This document shows positions 62,315-64,000 of a stretch of 64,000 bases of DNA, piece by piece. The stretch spans positions 744,001-808,000 of the forward strand of contig OZ037836.1 in the NCBI GenBank assembly GCA_964035575.1, written 5' to 3'. Each line of letters starts with the position of its first letter. The first letter of the stretch is position 1. The notes under the pieces were generated by a model. It was given only the letters and a program-made list of their open reading frames with translations, was not told where the DNA came from and searched no databases. This DNA comes from Rhynchopus sp. YZ270_cl-10. Lineage: Eukaryota. The position numbers and the translations under genes were made by a program.

Positions 62315-63706
62315 TCACTGCTTCTGGTGTTCGAACGGGCAAGGATGCTTGAGGCACGCAAGCCCCTTCAGGAACCGGTGGCAGGCCTTCCCCTCCGGCT
62401 TCTTCGGGGCAGTCTTCGGTGTGGGCTTCGGGGTCTGGGCCGGCCTCGGGGTCGCTCTGCCTGTCGATTTTCTGGGAAAGTGCGTGGTGTTGTGCGTGGC
62501 CCCATTCGACTTTCCCGTAGGCCGAAAATCCACCTCGAACCTCCTGCGGGCGTCACGCAGGGCGCGAGGAAGATTATTCGACTCGAGCTGCCTGCGCATG
62601 TGTTCGGCCGCCCCCGGGGACCTCGTGGTGTAGGTGGCACGGAGGGCCTCCAGTTCAGCCATGTGCCCCCTCATGCGGCGGAGCCATTCGGTCAGCGCTG
62701 CGGGGTTCTGGTTCCGGAAGATCCAAAAGTTTCGGATGGTCAGAAAAGTCCTGTCGCGTTTCTCCTGAAGCCCGTGGTTGCCCAGAAACGCGTACATGTC
62801 CGTCCTAGCACGGAGTACCCGCTCAAACTCCGCAAACCAGGACTCGTCAAACGTCTCAGGCCACCTGGACACTTCAGTGTAGCACCGAATGTCTGCACCT
62901 TCCTCCTCCTGGTCGTCGTCGGCAGAAGACTGCGTCACAGGGCCCTTCGGTGCGGAGAGCGGCGCGTAATCCGATAAGACCGTCATGGCTTCGGCTTGCT
63001 TGTCGCAGTTGGCGAGCAAACGAGACACCTCTTCAGGCATGCGGTCAAAGAAAAAGTCCCCGTGCTCCTCCGTGTACGCCACGTACAAGGCGTCCGCAGC
63101 CGCCGTTGTCAGCAATGGGAAAATGTCACACGGCGGGTCTCTGCGTCTCTTCCCAGCCAGCTTCGGCGTCGGCGGGACATCAGGCGTCTTGCCCTGCGCG
63201 GGGAGCTGCGGAGGAAGACGCGCCAGCACGGCCGCCGTCACGGCCTCCACCATCTCGGACAACGTCGCAGGGCTTTCGGGGGACGCACGCGGAGACGGTT
63301 TCGCAGCACGCGTCGCAGCCTTCGTCGCCGGCTTCACCACAGGTGGCTTTGTCGTCTGCGTATTCGGTTCCTCCGTCAGGTCGTCGTCGTCGTCAACATC
63401 TGCACCGTTACCCGGCACGTCATCAACGGGGTCCCCTTCATTATCATCCCCATAGTCCCACGCCTCGTACCCGCTCTGATCCCACCCCCCGCGACCCTCC
63501 ATTCCTTCATCCTGGAGGTCGTAACAATATTGTTGGTGGTCGGCGGGCGGGTCTCGCGCCGCCAAAGATGACATTGCCCGATCCAGCTTCTTCTCCATCC
63601 GCGCCTCGCGCTCCTCCAGGTCCGCCCTCTGATCCTCCGCCTGCCTCTTCATGTCTCGCAGAGCCGCAAGGAGCTGCGCCTTCGTGCGGGTGTCCGTGGC
63701 AGGCAT
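62315..63706 (-). CDS. Gag-like ORF1 (463 aa) with N-terminal coiled coil and C-terminal CCCH zinc finger
   Basis: First ORF after A1, ATG at 63706. Ends CHRFLKGLACLKHPCPFEH (C-x8-C-x4-C-x3-H). Confidence 0.8.
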   Translation of the reverse strand: MPATDTRTKAQLLAALRDMKRQAEDQRADLEEREARMEKKLDRAMSSLAARDPPADHQQYCYDLQDEGMEGRGGWDQSGYEAWDYGDDNEGDPVDDVPGNGADVDDDDDLTEEPNTQTTKPPVVKPATKAATRAAKPSPRASPESPATLSEMVEAVTAAVLARLPPQLPAQGKTPDVPPTPKLAGKRRRDPPCDIFPLLTTAAADALYVAYTEEHGDFFFDRMPEEVSRLLANCDKQAEAMTVLSDYAPLSAPKGPVTQSSADDDQEEEGADIRCYTEVSRWPETFDESWFAEFERVLRARTDMYAFLGNHGLQEKRDRTFLTIRNFWIFRNQNPAALTEWLRRMRGHMAELEALRATYTTRSPGAAEHMRRQLESNNLPRALRDARRRFEVDFRPTGKSNGATHNTTHFPRKSTGRATPRPAQTPKPTPKTAPKKPEGKACHRFLKGLACLKHPCPFEHQKQ

Positions 63707-64000
63707 AATGAGAGAGAAAGAAGAGAAGAAAAAGAGGGAAAAGAACGGTAAAGCTTTTTGATAAAAGTTAATGAAACACAAAAACCAAGCGCGTGTGGAA
63801 GAAAAAAGAAAAGAAAATATTTTTTCTGATTCAAAGTGGTGTTTACGTTTTGGGTACGGGGCGGAGAATAAAATCTGTTCGATAAAAGAAACGCAAGCTT
63901 TTTTGTTTTATCTTGTTCAGATTTTTCGATTTTTTGACAAGGCGCTGGCCCATACAAAGTGCACTGGTGGTGCAGAAAATGGCTGGGGAATAAACTCTAG

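Larger units (their letters stand above)
56795..63919 (-). mobile_element. Full-length tyrosine-recombinase (DIRS-order; VIPER/TATE-like gene order) retrotransposon with split direct repeats
   Basis: A1 63750-63919 equals A2 58974-59143 (170 bp). B1 59143-59310 equals B2 56795-56962 (168 bp). It encodes gag-like, YR and RT/RNase H, and has no TSD beyond one shared base. Confidence 0.92.

Noticed and set aside
1..64000. tRNA, rRNA, SL RNA genes or telomeric repeats
   Set aside because: No convincing motifs seen by eye. A covariance-model search was not possible.

Overview
Eukaryotic (protist-like, probably euglenozoan/diplonemid; this is inference) genomic DNA with no tRNA, rRNA or CRISPR array seen. 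All host genes lie on the minus strand. There are four ~1,620-aa paralogous receptor proteins: signal peptide, two PA domains, TM, TM, extracellular region with a LamG/concanavalin-like insert, TM, HAMP, and a class III nucleotide cyclase-like domain with degenerate catalytic residues. Each has a conserved phase-0 GT-AG intron before a 40-codon last exon that the ORF track misses. There are also three ubiquitin-like + BspA-type LRR genes with different C-terminal targeting motifs. The right end holds an apparently intact 7.1-kb tyrosine-recombinase retrotransposon (56795-63919) with identical split direct repeats (A1...B1A2...B2) and gag-YR-RT/RNaseH order. Its YR is in frame behind a single gag UGA, and its RT ORF is open across the whole YR gene. 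Short non-autonomous derivatives of this element occur elsewhere in the window. Intergenic DNA is a dense nest of non-autonomous TIR elements (piggyBac-, hAT-, Harbinger-, CMC-like and a CAT-ended 6-bp-TSD group), large palindromes and satellites.
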